A stretch of DNA of 64,000 nt. Origin: Octopus vulgaris (Eukaryota). The stretch's first letter is position 1, and each line of letters starts with the position of its first letter. Below, piece by piece: positions 36,037-48,924 of this stretch. The notes under the pieces were generated by a model, which ran no database searches, was not told the DNA's origin, and saw only the letters and a program-made list of their open reading frames with translations. Where the stretch lies: NCBI GenBank assembly GCA_951406725.2, contig OX597818.1, forward strand, positions 51,212,001 to 51,276,000, in the 5' to 3' direction. Made by a program: the position numbers and the translations under genes.

Positions 36037-37502
36037 AGTGTTGCATAGTGAAATCAGTTCATTTTTTTTTTAATAACCCTGTATCAAGCCAAGTGAGACC
36101 GTAACCATGGCCTCTGCCAGTGCAGCATAACCGGCCTGTTTAAGAGTACCCTTCAATCATTGGGCAATAAACTGCACTTGCAAAGACCTGTAGAGTCAAG
36201 TGAAGTCATTGTCGTGGCCGATGACATGACAGTACCGCCTGATTGGTACCTGTGCTGGTAGCATGTAGAAAGCACCATTCAAATGTGGTCGATGCCAGTA
36301 CCACCTAACTGGTCCCATGCTGGTGGCACATCAAAAGCACCATTTGAGTGTGATCATTGCCAGTGCCGCCTGACTGGCTCCTGTGCTGGTGGCACGTAAA
36401 AAGCACCATTCAAGTGTGGTTGATGCCAGTGCTGGCTGACTGGTCCCATGCCGGTGGCACATAAAGGTTATAGTGAGACAGAGAAGCAGAAACAGGTGTC
36501 TTGCTATAGAGGAGATAGAAGGTTACTCAGCTGGTGGAGAGAGAGATCGAGAATGAAGAGAGAAACAGGTGTGATGCCGCAAAGGAAATATATGGTTACC
36601 CATAGCAATGATACAGAGGAACTGGGTCGTGAGAACAGGATTGAGGAGTGAACGTCCATCTTCCATGCATCCATGGGTAGGACAGTTGACAGGAGTTGGC
36701 CAGATAGAAAAACTACCCTAGGCTATTGTGTTTGTTTTGGCAGGGATTTTAGCACGGGTGAGGTTAGTTTTGGCATAATTTTTACAGTTGGATACCCTTC
36801 CAAATGCCAACCACACAGTTTATTGTGGACTGGATGCTTTTAACATGGCAATACTCTCATCGCCATAGTCTAGCACCATCATTTACAACATATTTTTCTT
36901 GTATTTGTCTTTAATTAGATTTAATCTTTTGTCTTCTGTCATTGACATTGTATTTAGTTATATAAATGTTGTCTACTAAACAAAGATCAATCTTTCATCT
37001 GTAAATGGGCATAAAATGAATAATCAGAATAGACATTCACCAAATGGAGTGATGAAGCCTTCATTCATCATCATCATCGTTTAACATCTGTTTCCCATGC
37101 CGGCATGGGTTGGACGGTTTGACTGAGGTCTGGTGAGCCAGCAGCTGCACCAGGCTCCAGTCTGATCTGGCAATGTTTCTACAGCTGGATGCCCTTCTTA
37201 ACGCCAACCACTCCGAGAGTGTAGTGGGTGCTTTTTGTGTGCCACCGGTACAAGAGCCAGTCAGGCGGGCCGGCATCGATCACGTTTGGATAGTGCTCTT
37301 TACATGCCACCGTCTCTGGGTCCAGTCAGGGTGTACTGGCAATGGCCACAATCAGTTGGTGCTATTTATGTGCCACTTGACACGAAAACCAGTCAGAGGT
37401 TACTGTCTTCTGAGGTTTGGGGGTGTTTTTCCTATAACTTATTGGATATTGAGCCAGTATTAAATTCTTTTTATACCTTTCTCTTTTTTTTTTTTCTTTC
37501 AG

Positions 37503-40500
37503 AAAACTGGAAATCTAACCCAATACACAATAGAATCCACTGACGAAGCAACAATTAATACATTAAAATCAAATGAAAACTCTATTTTGCAGAAACCAAC
37601 TAAAACAAGGAATTCTTTGACACTTGACACATCCAGACCACCAAATTTCAATGAGCATCTTAATGAGCAAAGCAACAATAATTGTTCCAATAATGAACTT
37701 GGAGCCACTGCAAAGGATGTACGTCTGCAAGGCATTGGCTCGAACCCTCTTACCAAAGAACCAACATCTTTACAATTTCCGTATCCGAGTACCAAGTCAA
37801 TGCAAATGCAGGTTTCCTCTTTTGAAATGAAACTTTCAAATTTACAAGGTGACAAAACTGATTTGTTGAACCTGCCCCCTAATCACAGGAATTCTCTCCC
37901 ATCACTCTTTGATCCAGTCTTGTTAGTTCGAACAGAACCTGTGGGACAAGACCTTTCAAAGTCACATCGATCTTTATCTGCCCCAATATCAACAACTACA
38001 AAAGCTAACGAAGTAACAAATCAGACAGTAATCAGTCGTAAAATGAAAGACGACATCACCAGCTCGTTAAACCCAGTTATAATTGATTCTTTGACAGACC
38101 AAAAGATCCAGTACCAGATTAAGGATGACCATCTTGATGGCAACAATGAGGTTCCCACCAGTGCAGCTGATGCAGCAAGGAGCGATGCTAGTTCAACTAA
38201 TGCCACAGGACTCGGTAGCAATTTATCTTCAGTAACAGATTATATGTCTGTTAATGATCGTTTAAAGTTGTTACCATTGACATCTAATACTGTCAAAGAT
38301 AATGAGAAACTTGATGAAGATTTGGTTGATGCTCAAGAAAACACAGGAAGCCTTTTTGCACTTGAGAGTTACAGTGAAAGTAGAGATCGTTTCTTGCTAC
38401 TTGAAGGCCAGAGTAGTAACAACACAGTCTTTTCAGCAAGTAATAAAGTTTCAATGACTCGCAGAAGTGTATTCGATCCATGTATAAGAGAGAATTCTGC
38501 TCCAGTTGGATCTGAGTCTAATGGACAGAGCTTGAATCCAGGAGCGGTTCATCTGTCTTTTAGCGACAGTGATGAGGAACCAACAAACAGCCAAACATTA
38601 AAAAGAGATTTTGATTATTCCTTGCCTATTGCAGAACAGGAACGATTACTTCCGACTGGAGCCGATTCTGAATTTCTAGAACGAGAAGCTAAGAGCGGCA
38701 GGATTAAGAAATCCAGATATACTTACAGAGCAAAGAAGAAGATATCTGATTTAGAATCAGACCAAACAGAAAATATTTCAGAGGAAGTAAATAGTGCACA
38801 GTTACCAAATGCTGATAATTTACTGTACAGTACTAATGCTAATAGGTTTAGAACCACTACCGAACCTGAGCTTATTGAAGCTAAAGATTTTACAAGACCA
38901 AATCCAGATATTCAGGGTAGCACAGATGATATTTCAAAATCTGTAGATAAATCAAACATCATTTCCCAGTCTTTAGACAGCTTGAATGTTAACAATCATG
39001 CCACTTTTGATGATATCGGTGGTTTAACGAAAAGCTTTGCAGTAATATCGAACCAGGTGGATCGAATAAGAGCATCTATTGATTTAAATAAACAACTCTT
39101 GGAGTCTAGATCCTCTAAAGAATTAGAAAACGAGGACTGTGTAACTAGAAGGTTTCTACAAAATAGTGAACCACTTGAAAGAGGTTTAAATGATACGTCT
39201 GAGCGATTCATTTACGGTTCAGAAAATTCTTCTTTCAAAATTTCAGCCAATTTAACTCCGCAGAATCCTTCAAATTTTGATGGGAATATTTTCTCTGGAG
39301 AATCTTCTATTTTAAATTCTGCCAGTTGTCTAAGGCAGCCAAAATCTTCATTGACTTCTCTCTTACAACCAAAAGATAGCTCTGGAAATGTAGATACAGA
39401 AGAAGATGACACTGATGAACTTATACGAATGGCTTCAAAACTTGTGGAATCATACTCTAAAGACATTTCAGATGATTCTAATCAGACACATTCTTCATAT
39501 TCTCCACATTCTGTTGTCAATACTGATACTTCTAAGCAAACACATGCTGTTTCCGTAGAGAAAAATGACTCCAGATTATCTAACATTTTGACTGAGTCAG
39601 GCCGAGGAACAATGCCCAGCTCAGAAGGAATTGTCACTCCACCACAAACAAACTCTGCTGGTTTTCAAAATATGAATTCTTCTTATACACATAAGCAAGG
39701 CAAAATAAGACCCTCTAAAAAGGAATGTTGTAAACAAAATGAAAATGTCACTTCTGTAGATTTATCTAATTCTTTCCTTGAAACTAATCTGGCATCAAGA
39801 AGCCATTCAAGTAACTCAGCTCAACAAGAGAAAACTTCTGAAGTTTTGCCTCACAAAACTAATTACAAACAGAAGAGGCTGATTTCTACATCTGCTGCTT
39901 TGTCTGGGAATTTCCCAAACATTACTTTGTCATCGTCGTCAAGTAAAGATTATACTACACAGTATGATAGCAACTCAAGCAGGCTGTTTGATTATGATGG
40001 TTCTCAAGATTCGGATTCTCTTGGAAGGCAAGTGAATAATCTACTCAGTCGTACAGCTTATCTAGAAAGTAAAACTTCAGCCTCGGCTCATTGCAAGTCA
40101 GATGTCCTGCGCCAGTCGTCTCATGACAAACATGCATCCTCTTTGCTTTATGCTAACACATCCGTAAATTCCAACAAAAACTCAGAAATAACTGATGGTG
40201 CCTCTGCAAAAAGTCAAGACACGAGTTTCAGTCAACTGAAGCAAGATCTTATAGATCTCCAGCATGATCTCAATGAGAACCTGAGCATAGAAAAAAAGCA
40301 GTTGGGAATCAGTGATAACTGGAGCCCGTTAAAGAATTTGTCCATTGAAGATAGTTTCACTCATTCAGATAAGGATTTGATTGATTTTAACGAACCAAGA
40401 CTTCCAGCTGAAGACAACCAAGGTTCTTCAGGATTGATGCCAAATTCAGAATTGTCCAAATTTGATTTTAAGAATTTATCTCCAAGTGAGAAAAACACTT

Positions 40501-42475
40501 CACTTAGTCTTCCTTTGCCTCTGGGTAACACTAAGGAGGAGAAGAAAACCTTTGAAAGCCTTCATCTTTCTTGGCAAAATGAAGATACTTCACTGAAAAA
40601 TGTTATCTCTTTTAAGGAGTTTTTTAAATGTTCAGGGTCTTCCAAGAATGATAACCAAAAGTTACAGAACAAATCATATTCAACATCATTCTCTTCTTCA
40701 CAGTCCAGCAGTGTTCCAAATAGTTCTTCAAGCCAAAGCCCTTATAATCAGCCACCAGCAAATGATAGCTTGGAATTAAAAGATGATCTCAGTTTACGTG
40801 TAGAGCGTTTATTATCTAAAGAATCTTCTTATGATATTCCCAAGATGAGTTGTCTGCAGAATGTTCGTCCCAAAGAGGGTTTTTTCCCAAAGGCCAGTTT
40901 TGAACTAAATTCTTCATCTGAGACCGAAACAGAACCCAGACTAATGGAAGATAAGTCTTCTACAATAATGCCAAAGTTAGATAAAAAAGTCGATAATGGT
41001 CCTTTAATAAATCAGACAGCCTCAGTAGAGCCTCCGGAGGGTTTTGATTATTTTGATCCATTGCTAAAATCAAATTCTGAAAATAAAGTTCAAAATGTTT
41101 CTAAAGAATCGATGAAGATAAATTCTTTGAATGAATCCTTGCAGAAACCGAATTTTAATCAACCACTTATTCAAGGTTTAAAAGCCCCTGATAATTATGT
41201 TGCAACAAGTCTAGCATCTAAAATATCAAATGTTTCTCAGTTAGTGGCTTCTGGCCTTCATTCAAAATCAAACAATGACTTTACAGGTGTTAATGGCAAG
41301 AATAATAATTCAAAACCAGTTGATTTGTCTTGTAAAGACTCGTTATATGCTACAGGTGATTTGAAGAGACCTGAAGATATTATTAGAAATCAGTTAAACT
41401 CCCCTAATTCTGAAACAAATGAGGTTTTCCAGAATCCAACTTGTGACAGTTTAAACAGTACCAAGTTCACCGAAGATGATGTTCGTAAATGTCTTGATTG
41501 GTCAAACATGACAGATTTTGATTCTCCTGCAAAAGAACGCTGCCAAGACACTAACACCAAACATTCGACGTTGTTTCTCTCAAAGTCATCTTTATCTCAA
41601 ACTTTTAATAACTTTGATATGGTTAACCCTGAACCATTTCCGAGAAGCCAGGAAAATAATTCTAAGAACTATAGCCCCTCCAATTCAAAAAGTAATCTGC
41701 CGAACAAACCAGCATATTTGTCAACATTTAAGGAAACTGTGCCAAATCCCTCAGCTACTTCTGAAGATTGTGTTGATTATGAATTCTTGAAACCTAAAGC
41801 TTCTCCCACAATGCTCCAACACACGGAATTAAATTCCAATGAGAATTCCTCTGGAAATATAACTAATAAGATACTGGATAAATACCAAAGTCCCATATTA
41901 CACAGATCTGAAAGTTTCCAAAAATCATCCTTTTTAAATCAGTCTCTAAACGCTGATCCTTCTGTTAGACCACGTAGTTCAATCAATAGGTCTCACTCTC
42001 TAGAAGAATTTCAGAAACCAAAAGTACCATCGTTGCCACAGAAGAGAAACACCTACAGAACTAAACCCAAAAACTCTTCTGAAATGCTCAGTAGTTCAGA
42101 TGAGAGTGACTCATTGAAAAGGGATCTGCATAAGCTATCAGCTGATCTTGAGCAAGATTACGAGAGAAGCGTGAAGCATGGTCAGTTAACATGCTCATTG
42201 CCTACTAGAATTGGTATAACAAGTGAACAAATGTCTGTTGGTGTCTCACCGAAAAATCAATACCCATACTCTCTGCCAGCCTCACTTAATCCTAACAGGG
42301 ATTTATTTGAATTTTATAATAGCAGGGAGGATTCACAAATTCAATCTTTACTTGCTAAATATGAATTACCTATGGAAAGTAACGTTGGGAGCAACAGCAA
42401 TAACTTTTCGCACATAATTTCTGCACATAATTCAAAAACTGCATCCTCAGGTGATGGCCCGTGTATAAACTCAAG
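37503..42475 (+). CDS. ALMS1: ALMS1-like giant exon (4973 bp; Ser/Asn-rich, low complexity)
   Basis: Uninterrupted ORF; polypyrimidine-AG at 37502 and AG|GTAAG at 42475; spliced in phase to exons with ALMS1 motifs; LGRQVNNLL and LSLRVERLL motifs. Confidence 0.88.
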
Positions 42476-42500
42476 GTAAGACATAAATGTGTGTGTATCT

Positions 42501-42902
42501 GGATCTTTTCGGTTTGAACGGCAGTTTTTAACATAATTTCTAAGGTAACTAAAAAATTTTGAACTTCGTATACTGGTAGAATGTGTTTATAAAACATCTT
42601 TTTCTCTTGGCTTTATTGAGAAAATTCCATAGTTTGTAAGATATTTGTTGTTTTTTTTGCTTCAGTTTCTGCAATTTCAACCAATCAATGACGTCCATTA
42701 AGGTAAACAACATTCTGTGCTGTATGAATATGTCCCTCGTTTAAGAAACAGATTGCGTTTATTTACATTTCTGAAGAAAAAAAAGATACCCTAACCCTAA
42801 AACATATTGAAATGCAATAGATCGATACTAGGGTTATTATTATGGGTGACAATTTCATATGACACCGCTAGAAAAAAACTGCCGTTCAAACCGAAAAGAT
42901 CC
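42501..42902. mobile_element. MITE family A copy
   Basis: Same TIR as 40-454; TSD GTGTATCT. Confidence 0.9.
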
Positions 42903-43082
42903 GTGTATCTTGATTTTCTTTGGAAAGATATCTCTAAACAAACAGATTTGTTATTGGCATAAAGTGTACTGCTCATTTGATTTCACAAATAAGCTTGCAT
43001 CTGTCAAGAATGGGAAGTACAGTATGATATGAAATAGGACTGCATGGTCATTTGTTTAATGCTTAAAATTAAGGCCCTTATG

Positions 43083-43621
43083 CATTATCTACATTCAACG
43101 GATATTTGTCCTCATCTTGTTTGTTGTTAACACAATGTTTTGGCTGATATACCCTCCAGCCTTCATCAGGTGTCTAGGGGAAATTTCAAACCTGGGTTCT
43201 CATTCCTAAGGTATTTTTCGATGTTGTTGTTATTATTATTATTATTGTTAGTGTTATTCAGGTCACTGCCTAGAATCGAACTCGGAATCTTGGGGTTAGT
43301 AGCCCGCACTCTTAACCATTACGCCATATGCCTGTGGGCCATATGGCGTAGTGGTTAAGAGCGCGGGCTACTAACCCCAAGATTCTAAGTTCAATTCCAA
43401 GCAGTGGCCTGAACAACAATAATAATAATAATAATAATATTGAAAAATACCATAGGAATGAGAATCCAGGTTCGAAATTTCCCCAAGACACCTGAAGAAG
43501 GCTGGAGGGTATATCAGCCGAAACATTGTGTTAACAACAAGCAAGATGAGGACAAATATCTGTCGAATATAAATAATGTACATAATGCACATAATTCCTC
43601 ATCTCTTAAATATAGAACTGT
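43083..43621. mobile_element. Palindromic (head-to-head) element: tRNA-like head + (AAT)n + hammerhead-like motif
   Basis: ~245-bp inverted arms centred at ~43335; 15-bp TSD ATTAAGGCCCTTATG at 43068-43082 and 43622-43636. Confidence 0.85.
43487..43532 (+). ncRNA. Minimal type I hammerhead ribozyme-like motif (mirror copy at 43129-43174, - strand)
   Basis: Stem I GACAC/GTGTT, CUGAAGA, stem II GGCTG/CAGCC, GAAAC, then NUH. Confidence 0.6.
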
Positions 43622-44996
43622 ATTAAGGCCCTTATGTTATACCACACTGAGCTCGATGTAATCGACTTAATCCCTTTGTCTGTCCTTGTTTGTCCCCTTG
43701 TGGATAGTAAAGAAATAGGTATTTCGTCTGCCGTTACGTTCTGAGTTCCAATTCTGCCAAGGTCAACTTTGACTTACATCCTTTTGGGGTCGATGAATTA
43801 AGTACCAGTTACGCACTGGGGTCGATATAATCGACTTAATCCTTTTGTCCTTGTTTGTCCCCTCTGTGTTTAGCCTCTTGTGGATAGTAAAGAAATAGGT
43901 ATTTCGTCTGTCTTTACGTTCTGAGTTCAAATTCTGCCAAGGTCGAATTTGCCTTTCATCCTTTCGGGGTCAATAAATTAAGTACTAGTTACACGCTGGG
44001 ATCGATGTAATTGACTTAATCCCTTTGTCTGTCCTCATTTGTCCCCTCTGTTTAGCCCCTTGTGGGCAATAAAGAAATAAGAATGCTATTTCACAAAACC
44101 TGTCCAATTCACACAAACGTGAGAAAGTGAACTTTGAATGATAATGGTGTTGATGAGTTTATCATATTCTCTTGAATGGATAAAATTTTCTTGTTTAATG
44201 CCTATAATGTGCTGTACTATGATTATCTCAAGCCAAAATAGGCTTGTTTAATGTTAAGAGCCTGTGGGAAGAATTAGTGAGGACAGATCTCAGCATACTC
44301 TTTTACTTGTTTCAATCATTTGACTGGCCATGCTGGAGCACCACCTTTAGTCAAGCAAATCAACCCCAGGACTTATTCTTTGTAAGCCTAGTACTTATTC
44401 TATCGGTCTCTTTTGCTGAACCACTAGGTCACGGGAATGTAAGCACACCAGCATCGGTTGTCAAGTTATGTTGGGGGGGAGGGGGGCAAACACAGACACA
44501 CAAACATTACACACACACATATATATATACATACATACATATACATATATACGATGGGCTTCTTTCAGTTTCGGTCTACCAAATCCACTCACAAGTCTTT
44601 GGTCAGCCCGAAGCTATAGTAGAAGACACTTGCCCAAGGTGCCACACAGTGGGACTGAACCCAGAACCATGTGGTTCATAAGCAAGCTACTTACTACACA
44701 GCCACTCCTACGCCTACGGATGTTGAACTAAAAAAAATAAAATAAAAAAAAGACATGATGAAGGATTGTTGCATGTATGAAGATACTGGCTGAAGTAGAT
44801 ATGTCTGACACATGTTAATGTGAAAAATTATAAAAATCAATTGATAGGCAATATAAGCTATTTTTCAGTTTGTTTCTCAGACTTTTATTTCACTTAACAC
44901 CCATCGTTAAGATAAATGATTACATCACATTTGCTTTGGTTTTCTTTCCAATTTTATTTTTATATATATTTCTTTTTTCAATTGATTTATTTCTAG

Positions 44997-45061
44997 ACGC
45001 TCAAAAACATCAAGTGATGCAAATGGTCAGTCCAACAAACATGAACCTGAGAGCAATACAG
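44997..45061 (+). CDS. ALMS1: ALMS1-like exon
   Basis: AG/GT; phase 2-to-1 bridge between the giant exon and the next exon; RSKTSSDANGQSNKHEPESNT. Confidence 0.7.
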
Positions 45062-46278
45062 GTACAACAAAATCTATTTAAATTCAAATTTTCCCTTCTT
45101 GCTTTTTCACAAGATGTCAAATTTATAAAAGAGGAGAAAGACAAAAATGCTAATGTCTTGTATTCTTGCCTTTCTACTGAGTATTAATTACATAAATGAT
45201 GTGAAATTAATTACAAGAGGAAATTAAAACTTACTGTTCAGCTTATCTTTATCATATGGCTATCATGCTAACGACAAACTAAATTAAAACCATTTTGGAC
45301 ACATATAAGTGCCAGTTTGAAAACAGGTGAAAGTATGGAAAGTAAGTCATATCCATGGCTATGTGGTAAGAAGTTTGCTTCCCAACCACATGGTCCTGGG
45401 TTCAATCCAACTGCATGGCACTTTGAGGAAGCATCTTTTTCTAGAGCCTCGAGCCAACCGAAGTCTGTGTGACTAAATCTGATTGATGGAAACTAGAAGA
45501 AGCCCCACTCTGCTGGGTGGCTGGTGTTAGGAAGGTTATCTAGCTGTAAAAATCCTGCCAAAATAGTTACAGAAGTCCAGTGCAGGCTTCTACCTGGCCA
45601 GTTCCTGTCAAACCAACCCACCCATGCCATCATGGAAGGCAGACATTAAATGATGATGATATAATGCACACACACATACATATATGTGTGTTTCCAAGTT
45701 TGTGTTTACATCTCCATAACTTAGCAGTTTAGCAAAAGAGACTGACAGAATAGGTCCCAGACTTTAAAAAAAAAAGTACTGAGGTCAATTTGTTCAACTA
45801 AAAATTTCTTCAAGGTGTTGCTCCAGCTTGGCTGCAGTCTACTGACCGAAACAAGTAAAAGAAAAGGCAAAAAGGATTTTGTGTTGTAACCCTCCTTTTG
45901 CCGACTGCTCTACTTTGTAACAAATATAGGACCCTTTTCCAGTCTGGCAGACTAAGTTAAGGAGAGTTCTGTACTCAGTACAAGGCAGCAGTAAGATTTC
46001 TTCTCTTGAAAATATACCGTATTTTAACAGGTATAAGGAACCCCCTAATTTTTGGGGTTTAAAATTTGGAAAAAATGGTTTGTAAGGGATTATAATACTA
46101 TCCTCGTTTAAGAAACTCCCATATTTTTTTAACCTAATTTTTCGACAAAAAAGGGTTTGTTATGCACATTACAATATGGCAATTAGTAATCTAATAACTT
46201 GACTTCATAACCATCACACTTTGCCCCTATTATTTTTCAAAAGTAAATTTATTTTGTTTTTCTTTTCTTTTCAAACAG

Positions 46279-46468
46279 TGGATGCTGTTGTTTTAGATAA
46301 CTTAACAGATTCTGAAGAAGCGAAGAACAATCAGGAGTCGCCAGATATGTATCATAGCAGCAGCTGCGACCCAAGAGAAACCAGTTCCCAGAGCAAGCTG
46401 AACCCATCACCATCTGGGTCAGATAGTAGTACCTTATCACAGAAGACTTGGACCTTGAGGCCTTACAA
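46279..46468 (+). CDS. ALMS1: ALMS1-like exon
   Basis: VDAVVLDNL...TWTLRPYK; GTAAGT donor. Confidence 0.85.
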
Positions 46469-46870
46469 GTAAGTTTCTACTCAGTCTGCTTTGTAGGCAT
46501 CAAGTCATGCATATGTTTCTCTGCATGTGCTTCTGTGTGTCTGTGTGTCCACCAGAAACAAGAATTATATAAAATAGAGAGAGCGAGAATGCTTGAGCAA
46601 ATCATGGTTGAAAATTGACGAAGCAAAAGGGAGGTTATTACTAGTAAAAGAGGTCAGAACTACTGGTGTATCTTTTTTTATATGTAGCTTAGTTTCCAGG
46701 AAGTGCTGTGTCCGGGTTAGTGAGATCAGTATCATTTATGTTCACCCTAAATTGACATCTGCAAGGAGAAAGAATTACACAAAGGTAAGTGTGAGATCTG
46801 GGCGTTATGAGTGGCAAGAGTAGGAAAGATAAGTAGCCTTAGGTGTCAAAAGTTTGCACAGACTATTGTA

Positions 46871-47436
46871 TTGGGTTGTCCAGAAAGTTCATGCCAATTT
46901 TGAAAGGAAAGAAAAAGGTCAATAAATACTTGCCATTACATTTTTAATCAACCAAATATGAACCATTTTGTTGCACAATGCGTCTCCATCTTTCCTTTAA
47001 CTTGAAAATACCCTCTTCCCAGAATTGAGGTGGTTTCATGGCAAAGAATTCATCAAGGTATCTTTTTACGTCATCCAAGGAATTGAAATTTCTACCATTA
47101 AGACTATTCTGCAGAGACCTGAATAAGTGGAAATCCAAAAGAGCAATATGTGGTGAATATGGAGAGTAGGGTAACACATCCGAGCCGAGCTGCAGCAATT
47201 TTTGTCTGGTTCTCAAAGCATCAAGTGCCGAAAATGAACTTTCTAATCTTCCATTTTAAAGGGTTACAGAATTAACACAGGTTATAGGAAGATAAACCTT
47301 CTTCCACGAAAAGATAGCTTAAACTGTGCTCTAAATGGAGGTGTAGTCAAATCCTATTTTATGGACTCAACCATGTTCTAAAATAAGTCGAAAGGTAAGC
47401 TACTATAAATCGGCACGAACTTTCCGGACAACCAAA
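46871..47436 (-). mobile_element. Internally deleted mariner element with both TIRs
   Basis: TA-flanked ~28-bp TIRs; PYSPHIALLDFHLFRSLQNSL...RWRRIVQQNGSY (degenerate YSPDLAPSDFHLF motif). Confidence 0.9.
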
Positions 47437-48805
47437 TAGCTGTGTAAAACAGAGAAAGGAGATGGTGCATCTGTTATTGTTGTGTGTTTGTGAGAGAGTT
47501 TTAGTCTTGCAAGGTACTCGGTGACCCTGTCAGTGCTGGGGCCATATGCAAAGCAACCAGTACCCTCTGTAAAGTGGTTGGCCATTAAGAAGGGCATCCA
47601 TCCATAGAAACCAGGCCAAAACAGATAATAGTCTGGTACAGCCTCTAGCCTTACCAGCTCTTATCAAACTGTCCAACCCATACCATAATGGAAAATAGAT
47701 ATAAAATGAGGATGATGATGATGTATATATGAATGTATGCATATAATATCAGTAACCATGCAGCTCCTCTACAAGGAAACTTTTATGTTCTGGCCCCTTC
47801 TCTCATATTTTAACCCCTCATCTCATAGCATAGAGCCACCTCCCTCTCTACTGCAGTCGCACTAGTCTTACAAAGTGCATAGCAACTTCACTACTGCTTG
47901 TGGCATGATAAAAAGCACCCAGTACATTCTGTAGAGTGGAGAGTATTAGGAGGGGCATCCAGCCATAGAAAGCAATGCAAATATTGGAAAAGGATGCAGT
48001 CCTTAGGCCCATCTGATCCTGTCAAACCATTAAACTCATGTCAGCATACAGAACATGGACAGTGAATGATATGTGTGCGTGTATGTATTCTGCTGGGTGT
48101 TGGTGTTAAGAAGGGCATCCAGCTGTAAAAACCCTGCCAAAACAGACACAGAAGTCTGGTACAGGCTCCTGGCTGTCCAGCTCCTGTCAAATCATCAAAC
48201 TTATGCTAGCATGGAAGTGGGATGTTAAATATATATACCGATGCCAGTGACGTCCGTGTTGGTAACACATAAAACCACCAACCGATCGTGGCCGTTTGCC
48301 AGCCTCCTGTGGCCCCTGTGCCGGTGGCACGTAAAAAGCACCCACTACATTCACAGAGTGGTTGGCATTAGGAAGGGCATCCAGCTGTAGAAACACTGCT
48401 AGATCAGACTGGAGCCTGGTGCAGCCTCCTGGTTTCCCAGACCCCGGTTAAACCGTCCAACCCATGCTAGCATGGAAAACGGACGTTAAACGATGATGAT
48501 GATGACATATTATGTATAGATCCACTCTGCAGAGTGGTTGGTGTTAGGAAAGGCATTCAGCTGTAAAAACCATGCCATAACAGACACAGATGTCTAGTGC
48601 AGTCTTCTGCCTGGCCAGCTCCTGTCAAACCATTCAACCCATGCCAGCATGTAAAGTGGACATTAAATGATGATTATGATATATATATATGTGTGTGTGT
48701 ATATAAGTATTAATGAATGTTATGCAACCTGATAACTTTTATGGCATCCTTTTACTTTTATGTTTACATATTTCAAATTAAAATTCATTTTCCTCTTTCT
48801 TTCAG

Positions 48806-48924
48806 ACCTCCAGGGTCTCAAGATTGGTATTACACTGGACCTTCAGGATTTCCACCATTTTCTGTGAGTGATAGTGGCACTGTAACCACTGCCACAACTA
48901 CGACAATGGAAAGTGGAGACACAG
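48806..48924 (+). CDS. ALMS1: ALMS1-like exon
   Basis: Completes PYKPPGSQDWYY and ...TTMESGDTG, resembling vertebrate ALMS1 PYKPSGSTKMYY / TTVESSHSG (recalled, not searched). Confidence 0.88.

Noticed and set aside
37587-42479. 1630-aa ORF as a stand-alone or viral gene
   Set aside because: It has a non-ATG start, is bounded by splice sites and joins in phase to ALMS1-like exons.
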